64,000 nt of DNA from an uncultured Fretibacterium sp. (GCA_963548695.1 CAUUWA010000003.1:5982-69981); one strand, 5' to 3'; counted from the first letter of the stretch, positions 19,364-29,894 are shown. Translations and numbers: made by a program. The notes: generated from the sequence alone by a model not told the origin.

Positions 19364-20827
19364 TCAGCGCGTCCAGGTCCCCGGCACGAACAGGAGGATC
19401 ACGGCGAAGAGCTCGAGCCGCCCGGCCAGCATGCAGAACGAGAGGATCCACTTGACCCCCTCGGGCAGCCAGGAAAAATTTTCGGCCGGCCCCAGCGAGG
19501 CAAGCCCCGGCCCCACGTTGCCGAGGCAGGCGACGACCCCGGACAGGGAGGCCACGAGGTCCAGCCTGGGGTGCCCAAAAGCGGTCAGCATGAGGGTGGA
19601 GAGGACCAGGATGGCGATGTAAAGCATAAAGAAGGCCGTGACAGAGCTCAGGGATCGTATCGAGACCACCCGACCGTTGACCCGCGTGTTGACGATCGCC
19701 CTGGGATGCAGCAGGCTGCAGACCTCGGCGCGAATCTGCCGCCCCAGAAGCAGGAAGCGCACGACCTTGCATCCTCCGCCGGTGGAGCCCGCACAGGCCC
19801 CGACGACCATCAGCAGAAGCAGGAGGAAACGGGCGAACTCCGGCCACAGGTCGTAGTTGGCCGTAGCGAACCCCGTGGTGGTCATCAGGCTCACGACGTG
19901 AAAGGCTGCGGTGCGCAGAGCCGGCTCCACCCGATCGAAGAGGTCTTGGCGAAGCAAAAAAAACGCGATGGCGGTCGATGCCGCAACGGCCAGAACGGAG
20001 TACCAACGCAGCTCCTCGTCTCGAAGGGCCCCGCGGAAGCGTCCTGTGAGCATCAAAAAATGCAGGGAGAAGTTGATCCCGGACATGAACATGAAGACGA
20101 TGATCACCCACTCGATGTAGGCGCTCTGGAAATGGCCCACCGAGGCGTTCTTCGTCGAAAATCCCCCCGTGGCGATGGTGGAAAAACTGTGGTTCAGGGC
20201 GTCGAAGAACCCCATTCCTCCAGCGGTCAGGAAGGCCGTCTCCAACACGGTCAGCAGGACATAGACGCCCCAGAGGTAGAGGGCCGTCTGCTGGACCCTC
20301 GGGGTGATCTTCTCGGGCGTCGGGCCGGGAACCTCCGCCTTGTAGAGCTCCATCCCCCCGACCCCGAGGAAGGGGAGCACGGCGAGGCTCAGGACGATGA
20401 TCCCCATCCCGCCTATCCAGTGCGTCAGGCTGCGCCAGAGAAGAAGCCCCCCGGGAAGCCCCTCGACATCCGCCAGGATGGTGGCGCCGGTCGTGGTAAA
20501 CCCCGACATGGTCTCAAAGAATGCGTCCGCGTAGGTCGCCGTGGCGCCCGAAAGCAGATAGGGCAGGGCCCCGACGGCAGAGGCAATCACCCAGGAGAAC
20601 CCCACAACGGCGATGGCCTCGTGGATGCCCAGCTGCTGGTAGTCGGCCCTGCGCTTTCCGGCCAGGAAGAAGCCAAGACTGACCAGCAGGCCGACGACAA
20701 GGGAGGCGAGGAAGGCGAGCCGGCCTCCGGCTCCGTCATAGACCGCCAGGGCCAGGGGGAAGAACATGAAGAGGGAGACGATGAGGGAGATGAGCGAGAG
20801 CATCCGAAGGACGATACCCAGCCTCAT
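19364..20827 (-). CDS. trkH: Trk system potassium uptake membrane protein
   Basis: FETMSGFTTTGAT, TIATGGFS, TTTGF, GNVGPG, MLAGRLE. Confidence 0.95.
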   Translation of the reverse strand: MRLGIVLRMLSLISLIVSLFMFFPLALAVYDGAGGRLAFLASLVVGLLVSLGFFLAGKRRADYQQLGIHEAIAVVGFSWVIASAVGALPYLLSGATATYADAFFETMSGFTTTGATILADVEGLPGGLLLWRSLTHWIGGMGIIVLSLAVLPFLGVGGMELYKAEVPGPTPEKITPRVQQTALYLWGVYVLLTVLETAFLTAGGMGFFDALNHSFSTIATGGFSTKNASVGHFQSAYIEWVIIVFMFMSGINFSLHFLMLTGRFRGALRDEELRWYSVLAVAASTAIAFFLLRQDLFDRVEPALRTAAFHVVSLMTTTGFATANYDLWPEFARFLLLLLMVVGACAGSTGGGCKVVRFLLLGRQIRAEVCSLLHPRAIVNTRVNGRVVSIRSLSSVTAFFMLYIAILVLSTLMLTAFGHPRLDLVASLSGVVACLGNVGPGLASLGPAENFSWLPEGVKWILSFCMLAGRLELFAVILLFVPGTWTR

Positions 20828-22221
20828 GGCCGCTCCCCGCCGGACCCGCCGAACAGCTCCATCGCCTCGCGCATAAGGGGTGTGGAGGCGAACAGGATGA
20901 GATGGTCGCCGGCCTGGAGCCGTGTGGCCCCATCCGGGACCAACACCTTCTCCCTCCTGCCCAGCAGCGCCACCAGGACCCCTTTCGGCAGCTTCAGCTC
21001 TGAAAGGGGAATATCCGTCAGGCCGTGCTCCGCCGGCAGGACGATCTCCAGCATCTCAGCGTCGATCTTCTCGATGATCGACAGGGCCCGGGCATGTCCA
21101 GGGTAGCGGATGGTCCTCAGGATCATCGCGGCCAGCGCCTCGTTGGGGTCCACCACGGCATCGACGGGCATATGGTTCGGCATGTCCTGATAGAGACGCC
21201 GCCGCACAACCGCGATGCTCTTGCGAGCCCCCATGGACTTCGCGATGGCGGCATAGACCAGGTTGACCTCGTCGGAGGCCGTAGCGCAAACGTAGCCGTC
21301 CGCCTCCTCGATACCCTCCTCCAGCAGGAGCGCCCGGTCGGCCCCGTCCCCGTTCAGGACCAGCGCCTCGCCCAGCTCCCCGGCCAGTTTTTCGCACTGC
21401 TGCGGGTCACGGTCTATCAGGCGGATCCTGACGTTGCCATACTCCTTCTGGATCCTCTGGACGACCTGATAGCCCAGCTTGCCTCCGCCCACCACGAATA
21501 CCTTGCGCAGAGGCCGGGTGCTCCTGAGCTGGAAGAGCCTCTCCAGCATCCAGACCTGTTCCCGATAGGAGACGACGTAACAGAGGTCTCCGGCCTTCAG
21601 CACCGTGTCGCCGTCCGGCACGATATTCCTGCCCTCCGACCGCTCCTCCTCCGACCGCTCTACGTAGACGACGATTGCCACCAAATCCGGATGGACCCTG
21701 CGAATCTCCTTGAGGGAGAGGTCCACCAGAGGGGAGCCCTCCGCAACGCGAAAGGCGTAGATGGCCGCGCGGCCGCCCAGCAGCTCCGCCGTCCGCACGG
21801 CCGTGCTGACGGACAGAAGCTCCAGTATCTCCCGCGCGACGGACCGCTCGGGCGAGAGCATGAGGTCAATGCCCAGGTCCCGCCCCCAGGTCGGGGAATC
21901 CGTGAACTCGAGCCCTCGCACCCGGGAGATGACCCTGCGGACCCCCGCATGGCGCGCGATCCAGCAGGAGAGCATGTTAACCTCATCTCTATCCGTGCAG
22001 GCCACGAGGAGGTCGACCGTGCAGCCCTCCCGAACCCCGGCGTCGTAGAGCACCTGGGGCCGGGCTCCATTGCCGTGAACGACACGGACATCCAGCTCCT
22101 CCGCCACATGATCCGCATGCTCCTCGTTCTGCTCCACCAGGTTGATGTCGTGTCCCTCCGCGGCCAGGGTGGCGGCGACGCTGCGCCCAACCTCCCCGGC
22201 CCCGACGATGACGATGTTCAT
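20824..22221 (-). CDS. trkA: Trk system NAD-binding gating protein
   Basis: Two RCK units: IVGAGEVG and VVGGGKLG; coupled to trkH. Confidence 0.95.
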   Translation of the reverse strand: MNIVIVGAGEVGRSVAATLAAEGHDINLVEQNEEHADHVAEELDVRVVHGNGARPQVLYDAGVREGCTVDLLVACTDRDEVNMLSCWIARHAGVRRVISRVRGLEFTDSPTWGRDLGIDLMLSPERSVAREILELLSVSTAVRTAELLGGRAAIYAFRVAEGSPLVDLSLKEIRRVHPDLVAIVVYVERSEEERSEGRNIVPDGDTVLKAGDLCYVVSYREQVWMLERLFQLRSTRPLRKVFVVGGGKLGYQVVQRIQKEYGNVRIRLIDRDPQQCEKLAGELGEALVLNGDGADRALLLEEGIEEADGYVCATASDEVNLVYAAIAKSMGARKSIAVVRRRLYQDMPNHMPVDAVVDPNEALAAMILRTIRYPGHARALSIIEKIDAEMLEIVLPAEHGLTDIPLSELKLPKGVLVALLGRREKVLVPDGATRLQAGDHLILFASTPLMREAMELFGGSGGERP

Positions 22222-22988
22222 GAGCGGTACGGCCCCCAAGAGCAGGAGAAGGTGGTCAGGGATCGGCCGCTTCCGCGGACCGCGCCGGCGACCTCGTAGA
22301 CGAACGTCCGCACCTCGCCGGAACCGGACTCCTCAAGCTCACAGACCCGGACCGTCAGGACGTCGCCCAACTTGGCGCTAGCGCGGAACGAGGCGGAGAT
22401 CGACCTCGGGCCCCAGGTCATAAGGTCTATCGGGGTCGCCTCGAAGATCCACTCGAAGTAGACGGCGTTGTTGACATGCCCGTTGGCATCCAGGTCGTGA
22501 AACCGGACTGGATAGACGGTCTCGTGAACCTCCCCGGCGCCGGGCTCGGAAAAGTCGGGAATGTCGCGGAAGTCGGGGTCGATCGGCTCCGTGTCGCGGC
22601 TCAGGAACTCGGGGAGATGCGCCGCCGGACGCACGGGCCGGCCGGCGGCCAGGTCCAGCAGGAGCCAGGAGGTCTTGGCCCAGACCAGCGGGATCCCCGA
22701 CGGCGTCTCCACCTGGAAGACGCGCAGAGTGCGATAGCCATGATTCATGTCGTGAAAGGTTTTGACGACGAAGTGCTCGTCCATCGCCGGCAGGCGCTGC
22801 AGCAGTTCCACCTCGTAGCGCAGCAACACCCAGGAGTAGCCGCGGGCCAGTACCTGCGTGGGGCCACCCTCCAGTCCGGTTGCCGCCAGACTGGCGGTAT
22901 CCTGCAGATGATTCAGCAGCCCGTGCAGCTTCAGCTCGCCGTGACAGGACGCGTCGGACGGCAGAACCGTCAGTTCCCGGACGTACAT
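22218..22988 (-). CDS. Acyl-ACP thioesterase
   Basis: Double hot-dog fold, DLDANGHVNNAVY. Confidence 0.88.
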   Translation of the reverse strand: MYVRELTVLPSDASCHGELKLHGLLNHLQDTASLAATGLEGGPTQVLARGYSWVLLRYEVELLQRLPAMDEHFVVKTFHDMNHGYRTLRVFQVETPSGIPLVWAKTSWLLLDLAAGRPVRPAAHLPEFLSRDTEPIDPDFRDIPDFSEPGAGEVHETVYPVRFHDLDANGHVNNAVYFEWIFEATPIDLMTWGPRSISASFRASAKLGDVLTVRVCELEESGSGEVRTFVYEVAGAVRGSGRSLTTFSCSWGPYRS

Positions 22989-23167
22989 CGTTCAGTGTTC
23001 CTCCTTACCCAACCCATACTTTACCCGCTTCATACTTTCCGTCTCCCGGGGATCTTCCCGTCGATAATTCCTTACCGAATATCTCCCCTTTGCACCATGA
23101 TATCATTAAACTTCCCAGTACATGAACCGGCGTCCTATCGCTCAACCCGAGGGGCGCCAATTCAGGG

Positions 23168-23350
23168 TTATCCACAGTATTATCATGGTTTATCTGTGGA
23201 TAAGTGTATAATTAGGATAAACGAGCCCGAATTAGGGAATTCTTTGTGGATGGACTTGTGCACCCCATGAGGAAAAAATGAAAAATATTGTTGTAAGCTG
23301 GATAACTAGGAGAAAGCCGGCACTTTGCGGCCTGCCGTAACTGGGGATAG
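23168..23350. promoter_or_regulatory. DnaA boxes upstream of dnaA (autoregulation / oriC part 1)
   Basis: Perfect TTATCCACA 23168-23176 and TGTGGATAA 23195-23203 plus degenerate boxes. Confidence 0.85.
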
Positions 23351-23374
23351 ACTCCATTGCAGGGGTGAAACGGA

Positions 23375-24712
23375 TTGCAGAAGGATATGAGGGAACTGAA
23401 GGAACTGTGGGACGGAATCGTCCAGGGCGCCGTCCTGCCGGAGGGTGCGGTCTCGCTGTGGCTGACCACGTGCGTGCCCGTGACCCTGGAGGAGGACGAC
23501 CTGGTGGTGGATACGTCGAACCCCTTCACGCAGGAGTACATCACCAAAAATTTTTTAAGCGAGCTGAATCGCTCCGCCCGGGCCGGCGGGGCAGTCAAGG
23601 GCATCCGCCTTAAGGCCAGCGTCCACCCCGAGGGGGAGGACAAGAAACAGGAGTGGGTGGCCCGTGCCGAGGAGGCCAGTCGACCGGAGCCAAACCGGGC
23701 CAACCTGAACCCGAACTATACCTTCTCCACCTTCGTCGTGGGCAAGTCCAACCGCCTCGCCCACGCGGCCAGCCTGGCCGTAGCGGAGATGCCGGGGAAG
23801 GCATACAACCCGCTCTTCATCTGGGGCGGGGTCGGCCTCGGCAAGACACACCTGATGCACGCCATCTGCCACTACGCGCTCTCGCGCTCACACGGGCTGA
23901 GGGCGCTCTACCTCAGTGCGGAGAAGTTCCTGAACGAGTTCGTCCAGGCCATCGGATCCTCGAAGATGCCTCAATTCAAGGAACGCTACCGCAACGTGGA
24001 CATCCTGCTGATCGACGACATCCAGTTTCTCGGCAACAAGGGTCAGAGTCAGGAGGAGTTCTTCCATACTTTCAACACCCTTCATGAGGGCAACAAACAG
24101 GTCGTCATCTGTTCGGACCGCCAGCCCTCCGAGCTCCAGAACATCGAGGACCGGCTGATCAGCCGCTTCGCCTGGGGGTTGGTGACGGACATCCAGCCGC
24201 CGGACCTGGAGACCCGTATCGCCATCCTTCAGAAGAAGGCCTTGTTCCGAGAGTACGAGATGCCCGATGAGGTCATCCACTTTCTGGCCCAGCACATCCC
24301 CAGCAACATCCGGGAGCTGGAGGGCGCCCTCAATCGCGTCATCGCATGCGCGGAGCTCTCCGGAGAGTCCATCACGATCGAGAAGACCTCCGTCTGGCTC
24401 AAGGACATCCTCCGCATGGACCTGAAGGGACCCGTAACGATCGAGGGCATCCAGGCCGTCGTAGCCGAGAACTTCGGCATGAACCCGGACGACCTCGCCG
24501 GGTCCAAGCGCACGGCGGAGATAGCCCTGGCCCGCCAGATCGCCATGTACCTCTGTCGTGAACTCACGGATATCAGCTTACAGCGGATCGGGCACGCCTT
24601 CCGCAAGAAGGACCACACAACCGTTATCCACGCTCAGAGGAAGATAGAGCAGCTCATCAAGTCCGACCCGGATGTAAGGCGGACTGTGGACAACATACGG
24701 AACAAGTTGTGA
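23375..24712 (+). CDS. dnaA: Chromosomal replication initiator
   Basis: NPNYTFSTFVVGKSN, YNPLFIWGGVGLGKTHL, DDIQF, DHTTVIHA; start TTG 23375 or ATG 23387. Confidence 0.98.
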   Translation: MQKDMRELKELWDGIVQGAVLPEGAVSLWLTTCVPVTLEEDDLVVDTSNPFTQEYITKNFLSELNRSARAGGAVKGIRLKASVHPEGEDKKQEWVARAEEASRPEPNRANLNPNYTFSTFVVGKSNRLAHAASLAVAEMPGKAYNPLFIWGGVGLGKTHLMHAICHYALSRSHGLRALYLSAEKFLNEFVQAIGSSKMPQFKERYRNVDILLIDDIQFLGNKGQSQEEFFHTFNTLHEGNKQVVICSDRQPSELQNIEDRLISRFAWGLVTDIQPPDLETRIAILQKKALFREYEMPDEVIHFLAQHIPSNIRELEGALNRVIACAELSGESITIEKTSVWLKDILRMDLKGPVTIEGIQAVVAENFGMNPDDLAGSKRTAEIALARQIAMYLCRELTDISLQRIGHAFRKKDHTTVIHAQRKIEQLIKSDPDVRRTVDNIRNKL

Positions 24713-25001
24713 AGGCGTATGGGGATGGTCGATAGTTTTCCACAACCCTCCCCGACAAACCGCAGGAGCGCACACAAAATCCACAGGCCGTCCACGGCGG
24801 ATTCACCACTGGCCCACACCCTACAAAAAGCGCAGCCGACGGACGGCGGACGGGATATCCACAACCTTGTTCAACACTACTACTACTATCTTTACTCTTA
24901 AAAAAAAAGAACGCAAAGATGACTGTCCACAGAGAGGTTCTTCACAACCCCTCCAGAAAAACCCCGGACAGAGAAGCGCACAGAAGGGAACGGTGAACAC
25001 G
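24713..25001. other. Replication origin oriC (unwinding region)
   Basis: dnaA-dnaN intergenic region; boxes TTTTCCACA 24736-24744 and ATATCCACA 24855-24863; CTA x4 DnaA-trios 24877-24888; A-rich tract. Confidence 0.88.
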
Positions 25002-26246
25002 ATGAAGATAGAGCTCGACCGCCTGGAGTTCCTAAAGGCCTGGCAGATGACCGAGCGATCCAGCAGCACCAAAAGCACCATCAGTGCCGTAAGCGGCATT
25101 CTGATCACAGCCTCGGAGGAACAGACGTATCTAGAGGCCACGGACTTCAAGACCGCAATACGCTGCTTGGCCCAGGGTGTCCAGACCGTCACCGCAGGTT
25201 CGGCGGTCCTGCCGGTCCGAATCTTCGGTGAGTTTCTCAAAAAAATGCCCCACGACAAGGTCTCGCTGGAAATTAACGACGAGAGAGGCACGCTCTCCGC
25301 AGGGAGGAACCGAACTCGTTTTGCCACCTGGCCGGTCTCGGAGTTCCCCAACATCCCTCGAAGCGATGGGGCAGACCCCCTGTGCACCATCGTCGCAGCG
25401 GACCTGGCCCGGGCTATCTCCGAGGGTTCGGTCGCCAGTTCGACGCCCGCGGACTTTCCAAAGTACCTGGGCGCCTGTTTGCTGAAAGCCCAAAAGGACC
25501 TTCTCAAGGTTGTGGCCACGGACGGAAAGCGGCTCTCCCTCTCCCAGTGTCCCCGCGAAGCCGGGGCGGAGGTCGACCTGCTGCTCCCCATTCCGGCCCT
25601 TAAGGAGCTGGTGCGCCTTCTGATGGGGAACGCGCCGGAGTCCCGGATAGACGTCCTGTACGACGGCTCCACCGTCTGGTTCCGTCTGGAGGGCCTGGAG
25701 TTCTCGGCGCGCCGCGTGGAGTCCTCCTTTCCGAACTATGAGAAGATCCTCACGCCCGGGGCCTCCACGACCCTCAGAATCCAGCGCGACGAGCTGTTGC
25801 CCGCTCTGGAGCGCATCGACATCATGGTCCGCAACACCCTGACCCGCCTCGTGGTGTTTCACCTCTCGCCCGGTGGGGAGTTCCGTCTGACCGGCAGGGC
25901 GCCGGAGCTGGGGACCACCGTGGAGGTTCTGGACTCCAACATCGATGGTGATCCGCTCCAGGTGGGATTCAACGTCGGGTTCCTTCAGGACGGCCTGAGG
26001 GCGCTCGGCAGCGGGGAGATCCGCATGGACTTCAACGGCGGGGAGGGACAGACGCGGCTGCTTCGGGAGGGCTCGGAGGATTTTCTGTACATGCTCATGC
26101 CAACCCGCCTGAGCCCCCAGGATCTCACGGAGGACGAGGAGGTCGAAGAGGCCGAAGCCAAGCCCGACCAGGAACCCCTTCAGGCTCTGGCCGAACTCGC
26201 CTCCGAGTCTGATAGGAGCCATAAGGGGGAAGGAGAGCCATTCTGA
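25002..26246 (+). CDS. dnaN: DNA polymerase III beta sliding clamp with acidic C-terminal extension
   Basis: EATD, VVATDGKRLS, FPNY, GFN..FL, YMLMP; follows dnaA. Confidence 0.95.
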   Translation: MKIELDRLEFLKAWQMTERSSSTKSTISAVSGILITASEEQTYLEATDFKTAIRCLAQGVQTVTAGSAVLPVRIFGEFLKKMPHDKVSLEINDERGTLSAGRNRTRFATWPVSEFPNIPRSDGADPLCTIVAADLARAISEGSVASSTPADFPKYLGACLLKAQKDLLKVVATDGKRLSLSQCPREAGAEVDLLLPIPALKELVRLLMGNAPESRIDVLYDGSTVWFRLEGLEFSARRVESSFPNYEKILTPGASTTLRIQRDELLPALERIDIMVRNTLTRLVVFHLSPGGEFRLTGRAPELGTTVEVLDSNIDGDPLQVGFNVGFLQDGLRALGSGEIRMDFNGGEGQTRLLREGSEDFLYMLMPTRLSPQDLTEDEEVEEAEAKPDQEPLQALAELASESDRSHKGEGEPF

Positions 26247-26313
26247 GGAAAGCCGCTAAATTTCCTCCTTTCCAGTTTTCTCCTTTCCGTTTTCCTACCC
26301 TCGGGGCTTTGAG

Positions 26314-27357
26314 ATGAGATTCCAGAGCACCGCCCTCAGAGGATTTCGGAACCTTGGGACCGTGCGGCGCATAGACTGGGGGCCGGGCTTGAACCTCATT
26401 TTGGGCCCAAACGGCGCTGGAAAGACGAACCTTCTGGAGTCCCTGAACGTCCTGTCCGGGTGGGGGACGTTCTCGGGGAGGGTGAGTTCGGCCGTGGCCT
26501 GGGACTCGCCGGACGGGCGGGCGCTTCTGGCCGCGCGGACCTCCGGGGAGCGGGATATCGAGGTCTCGGTGCTCCTCTCGTCCCGCATGACCCTGAAGGC
26601 GGACGGGGAGCGGATCAGCGGGTCGGAGCTCCGGGCGCGCCTTCCCTCCCTCTCCTTCCTGCCCACGGACATCGACCTGATTGACGGTCCATCCTCCGTC
26701 CGGCGCCGTTTTCTCGATCGGCTCTGTGCCCTCTGCATCCCCTCTTATGCGCGCCGGCTCTCGGAGTATCGGCAGCTTGTCCGCCATCGCGTCGCCCTTC
26801 TGCGGCAGGGCCGTTCTCCCGCGAGGACGACCCTGCCCTTTGCGCGTCTGGGGGGGTGGATCCTGGAGAGCCGCAGGCGGGTGCTCGATCGGATGCTGGA
26901 AGGCCTGGGGACCGAGCCGAATTTTTTTCCCCTCTCCCTTCCCTTTCCCTTCATCCTCAGGGCCGAGCCTAAGATCGTGGGGAGCGGTTCCGACTTTCTG
27001 CTTGCGGCGCTGGAGGCGACGGCGGAGCGGGAGGCGCATGCCTGTCGTCCGCTCGCCGGGCCGCACCGGGACGACCTGGTCGTATCGTGTCTCGGGCGCC
27101 CTGCCTCCGCCGCCCTCAGCCGAGGACAGAAGCGGCGGCTGGTCGTCTCCCTGATTCTGATAGCGGGGCGCTTCGTCGGGACGTATCTTCGGGCACAGCC
27201 GGTTTTGCTCCTCGACGATCTTGGGGCGGAGCTGGATGAGGCGGGGAGGCGGGAGGCGGGGTCCACCCTCCTTGGCACGGGCTGGCAGGTGTTCGTGACG
27301 GGGACGGAGAACCCCTTTCCGGAGACCCCGGCCCAGATTTACAGCCTTGACTTTTAG
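26314..27357 (+). CDS. recF: DNA replication/repair protein RecF
   Basis: GPNGAGKTNLLE, RRRFLD, GPHRDD, SRGQ, LLLDD. Confidence 0.93.
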   Translation: MRFQSTALRGFRNLGTVRRIDWGPGLNLILGPNGAGKTNLLESLNVLSGWGTFSGRVSSAVAWDSPDGRALLAARTSGERDIEVSVLLSSRMTLKADGERISGSELRARLPSLSFLPTDIDLIDGPSSVRRRFLDRLCALCIPSYARRLSEYRQLVRHRVALLRQGRSPARTTLPFARLGGWILESRRRVLDRMLEGLGTEPNFFPLSLPFPFILRAEPKIVGSGSDFLLAALEATAEREAHACRPLAGPHRDDLVVSCLGRPASAALSRGQKRRLVVSLILIAGRFVGTYLRAQPVLLLDDLGAELDEAGRREAGSTLLGTGWQVFVTGTENPFPETPAQIYSLDF

Positions 27358-27368
27358 TTTTTTGGAAC

Positions 27369-27420
27369 GGGGTGTCGGGGAACACGTTCCCCGACTGGGG
27401 GTGTGGGGGCGAAGCCCCCG
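27369..27420 (+). repeat. Double-hairpin REP-like element (copy 2)
   Basis: GTCGGGGAAC-AC-GTTCCCCGAC then GGGGGC-GAA-GCCCCC. Confidence 0.65.
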
Positions 27421-27456
27421 TGTTGTCGGGTCGTTTGCGTTGTGAGGTGATCTTCC

Positions 27457-29376
27457 ATGTTTCAGGACCGGTATGATGTCGTGGTGATCGGCGGAGGGCA
27501 CGCGGGGTGTGAGGCGGCGCTGGCGGCCGCCCGGATGGGGCGCCGCACTTTGCTTTTGACCCTCGGGGTGGACGGCACGGCGCTGATGCCCTGCAACCCC
27601 TCGATCGGCGGTCCTGCGAAGGGGCATCTGGTCCGGGAGGTCAGCGCCCTGGGGGGCGAGCAGGCCCGTGCCGCGGATGCCTCCACCCTGATGATCCGCT
27701 GGCTGAACACCTCGAAGGGCGTCGCCGTCCGGGCGCTGCGCGCGCAATGCGACCCGGCGCGGTACGCGGCCCATTATCGGGGTCTGCTCTATTCCTGCAA
27801 GAACCTCGACCTGCATCAGGACGAGGCCGTGGAGCTGCTGATCGACGGCTCCCGAATCCGGGGGGTTCTCACCCGTCATGGTTCGCGCTACGAGGCCCGT
27901 GCGGTCGTCCTCTGTTCGGGGACGTACCTCGGCGGCCGGGTCTACGTGGGGGAGGCGGATTTTCCCTCCGGACCGATGGGGCAGGCGCCGGCCGAGCGCC
28001 TGCTCGAGTCCCTGAGGGCTTTGGGTCTGAGGCTGGGGTATATGAGGACGGACACGACGCCGCGCCTGAACCTCGACACCCTCGACCTGTCCTCGGCGGC
28101 GCCGCAGCGGTCGGAGGAGGAGCCGCTCTGCTTCGATATCTGGGGCGAAAAGCGTGTCCATCGGTCGGACTACGCCTGCTGGTTCTCCCGGACGACGGAG
28201 CGCACCCACGAGATCCTGGAGCGAAACATCCACCGTTCCCCACTCGTCACGGGGAGGATGGGCGTCCTCGGGCCACGCTACTGTCCCTCCATCGAGGATA
28301 AGTTTCTGCGCTTCCCGGACAGAAGGACCCATCCCATCGTCTTCGAGCCCGTGTCGGCCGACTCGAAGGAGGTCTATGTCCAGAATTTTTCCACCAGCCT
28401 GCCCTACGACGTGCAGGTCGAGATGGTGCGTTCCCTTCCGGGATGTGCGGAGGCCAAGATTGTCCGGCCCGGATATGGGATACGTTATGCGTATCTAACG
28501 CCTGATCAACTTTCACCTTCATTGGAGAACCGCGAGCTTGGGGGGTTTTTCTGCGCCGGTCAGGTCAACGGGACCTCGGGCTACGAGGAGGCTGCGGCTC
28601 AGGGGCTCCTGGCCGGGATCAACGCGGCTCTGTCGGTGAGGGACGAGCCGCCGCTTGTTTTGAGCCGTTCGGACGGGTACCTTGGGGTCCTGGCGGACGA
28701 TCTGACGACGAAGAGCACGGACGAGCCTTACAGGATGCTGACCAGCCGCTGCGAGCATCGCCTGCTGATGCGGCACGACAACGCAGCACGCCGGCTCTCC
28801 CCGCTGGCGCACCGTCTCGGGCTGCTGAGCCCGGAGCACTGGGCCAAGCTGGAACGGCGGTGGGAGTGCGAGGACCGGGAGATTGCCCGGCTGGAATCGG
28901 TCCGCATCGTGCCCTCGGAGGAGACGGACCGCCTCTGCGAGGCGTTTGGGGCCGAGCCGCCGAGGGAGCCGCTGACGGCCGCAGCATTCCTGCGACATCG
29001 CGGGGCGACGTATCCTTTAGTGGAAAAGCTGATCGAAAAGCTGATCGGGGAGCCGGCTCCGCATGGGTCGGCCCTGGAGCCTGACTCGGAATTTTACGTT
29101 GAGACGAGCCTGCGTTATGCGGGCTATCTGGAAAAGGAGGCCCGACTGGCCGAGCGCATGGCCGGTCTGGACGGCGTGCTCGTCCCGGACGGGTTCGACT
29201 ACTCTGCCGTGAAGGGGCTCTCCTCGGAGGGGCGTCAGAAGCTCCTGCGCTTCCGTCCCCGGTCGCTTGGGGCGGCGTTGAGGATATCCGGGGTCACGCC
29301 CGCCGACGTCCAGCTCCTCTCCGTCGTCGTCAGGCGAATGGGTGGGGACTACGTAGAGGGGGGGAGAGCGCGATGA
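27457..29376 (+). CDS. mnmG: tRNA uridine-5-carboxymethylaminomethyl modification enzyme MnmG/GidA
   Basis: VIGGGHAGCEAA, CNPSIGG, GPRYCPSIEDK, AGQVNGTSGYEEAAAQG. Confidence 0.97.
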   Translation: MFQDRYDVVVIGGGHAGCEAALAAARMGRRTLLLTLGVDGTALMPCNPSIGGPAKGHLVREVSALGGEQARAADASTLMIRWLNTSKGVAVRALRAQCDPARYAAHYRGLLYSCKNLDLHQDEAVELLIDGSRIRGVLTRHGSRYEARAVVLCSGTYLGGRVYVGEADFPSGPMGQAPAERLLESLRALGLRLGYMRTDTTPRLNLDTLDLSSAAPQRSEEEPLCFDIWGEKRVHRSDYACWFSRTTERTHEILERNIHRSPLVTGRMGVLGPRYCPSIEDKFLRFPDRRTHPIVFEPVSADSKEVYVQNFSTSLPYDVQVEMVRSLPGCAEAKIVRPGYGIRYAYLTPDQLSPSLENRELGGFFCAGQVNGTSGYEEAAAQGLLAGINAALSVRDEPPLVLSRSDGYLGVLADDLTTKSTDEPYRMLTSRCEHRLLMRHDNAARRLSPLAHRLGLLSPEHWAKLERRWECEDREIARLESVRIVPSEETDRLCEAFGAEPPREPLTAAAFLRHRGATYPLVEKLIEKLIGEPAPHGSALEPDSEFYVETSLRYAGYLEKEARLAERMAGLDGVLVPDGFDYSAVKGLSSEGRQKLLRFRPRSLGAALRISGVTPADVQLLSVVVRRMGGDYVEGGRAR

Positions 29377-29894
29377 AGGGGCCAACGGGGGAGAACGTCC
29401 AGAACGCGATTCGAGCGGGGCGCGGGCGTCTGGAACGGGTGGCGTCCCTGAAGGAACTTTTAGAGGAGATGGTCCCCGGGCGGAACGAATGGATCGAAAA
29501 GCTCAAAGATATTATGAAAAACTGGGCGGCGATCGTCGGGCCCGGACGGGCCCGTCTCTCGGCTCCTTACGAGCTGGAGGACGGAGAACTGCGGATTGCC
29601 GTGGCGACGCCCCATGCCGCCCAGCAGATAGTCAATATGAAGGGCAACATCCTCCGCATCCTGGGGAACCGCTGGAACCTGGACGTCGAGGGGATTCGGG
29701 TCACCCTCGGGCCGCCGCCCCCGAGGCCCCGGCCCCTGCAGGATGTTCCAAGACGCCGACATCCGTGCGTCGTGCTTCCGCAGGAGGAGGTCGAGGAGCT
29801 CAGGAGGTCCTGCCCCGAGACGCTGTCCGACGAGGCTGCGGAAGGGCTGGCCCGCCTTCGCGCCTACTTCGCCCGCCGCTTCCCCCGCGCGTGA
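29373..29894 (+). CDS. DUF721 / DciA-family protein
   Basis: NWAAIVG...P..LEDGELRIAV pattern; near recF; ATGA overlap with mnmG. Confidence 0.7.
   Translation: MKGPTGENVQNAIRAGRGRLERVASLKELLEEMVPGRNEWIEKLKDIMKNWAAIVGPGRARLSAPYELEDGELRIAVATPHAAQQIVNMKGNILRILGNRWNLDVEGIRVTLGPPPPRPRPLQDVPRRRHPCVVLPQEEVEELRRSCPETLSDEAAEGLARLRAYFARRFPRA

Noticed and set aside
24867..25001. N-terminal extension of DnaN (MFNTTTT...)
   Set aside because: This is oriC sequence (DnaA-trios, A-tract); clamp homology starts at 25002
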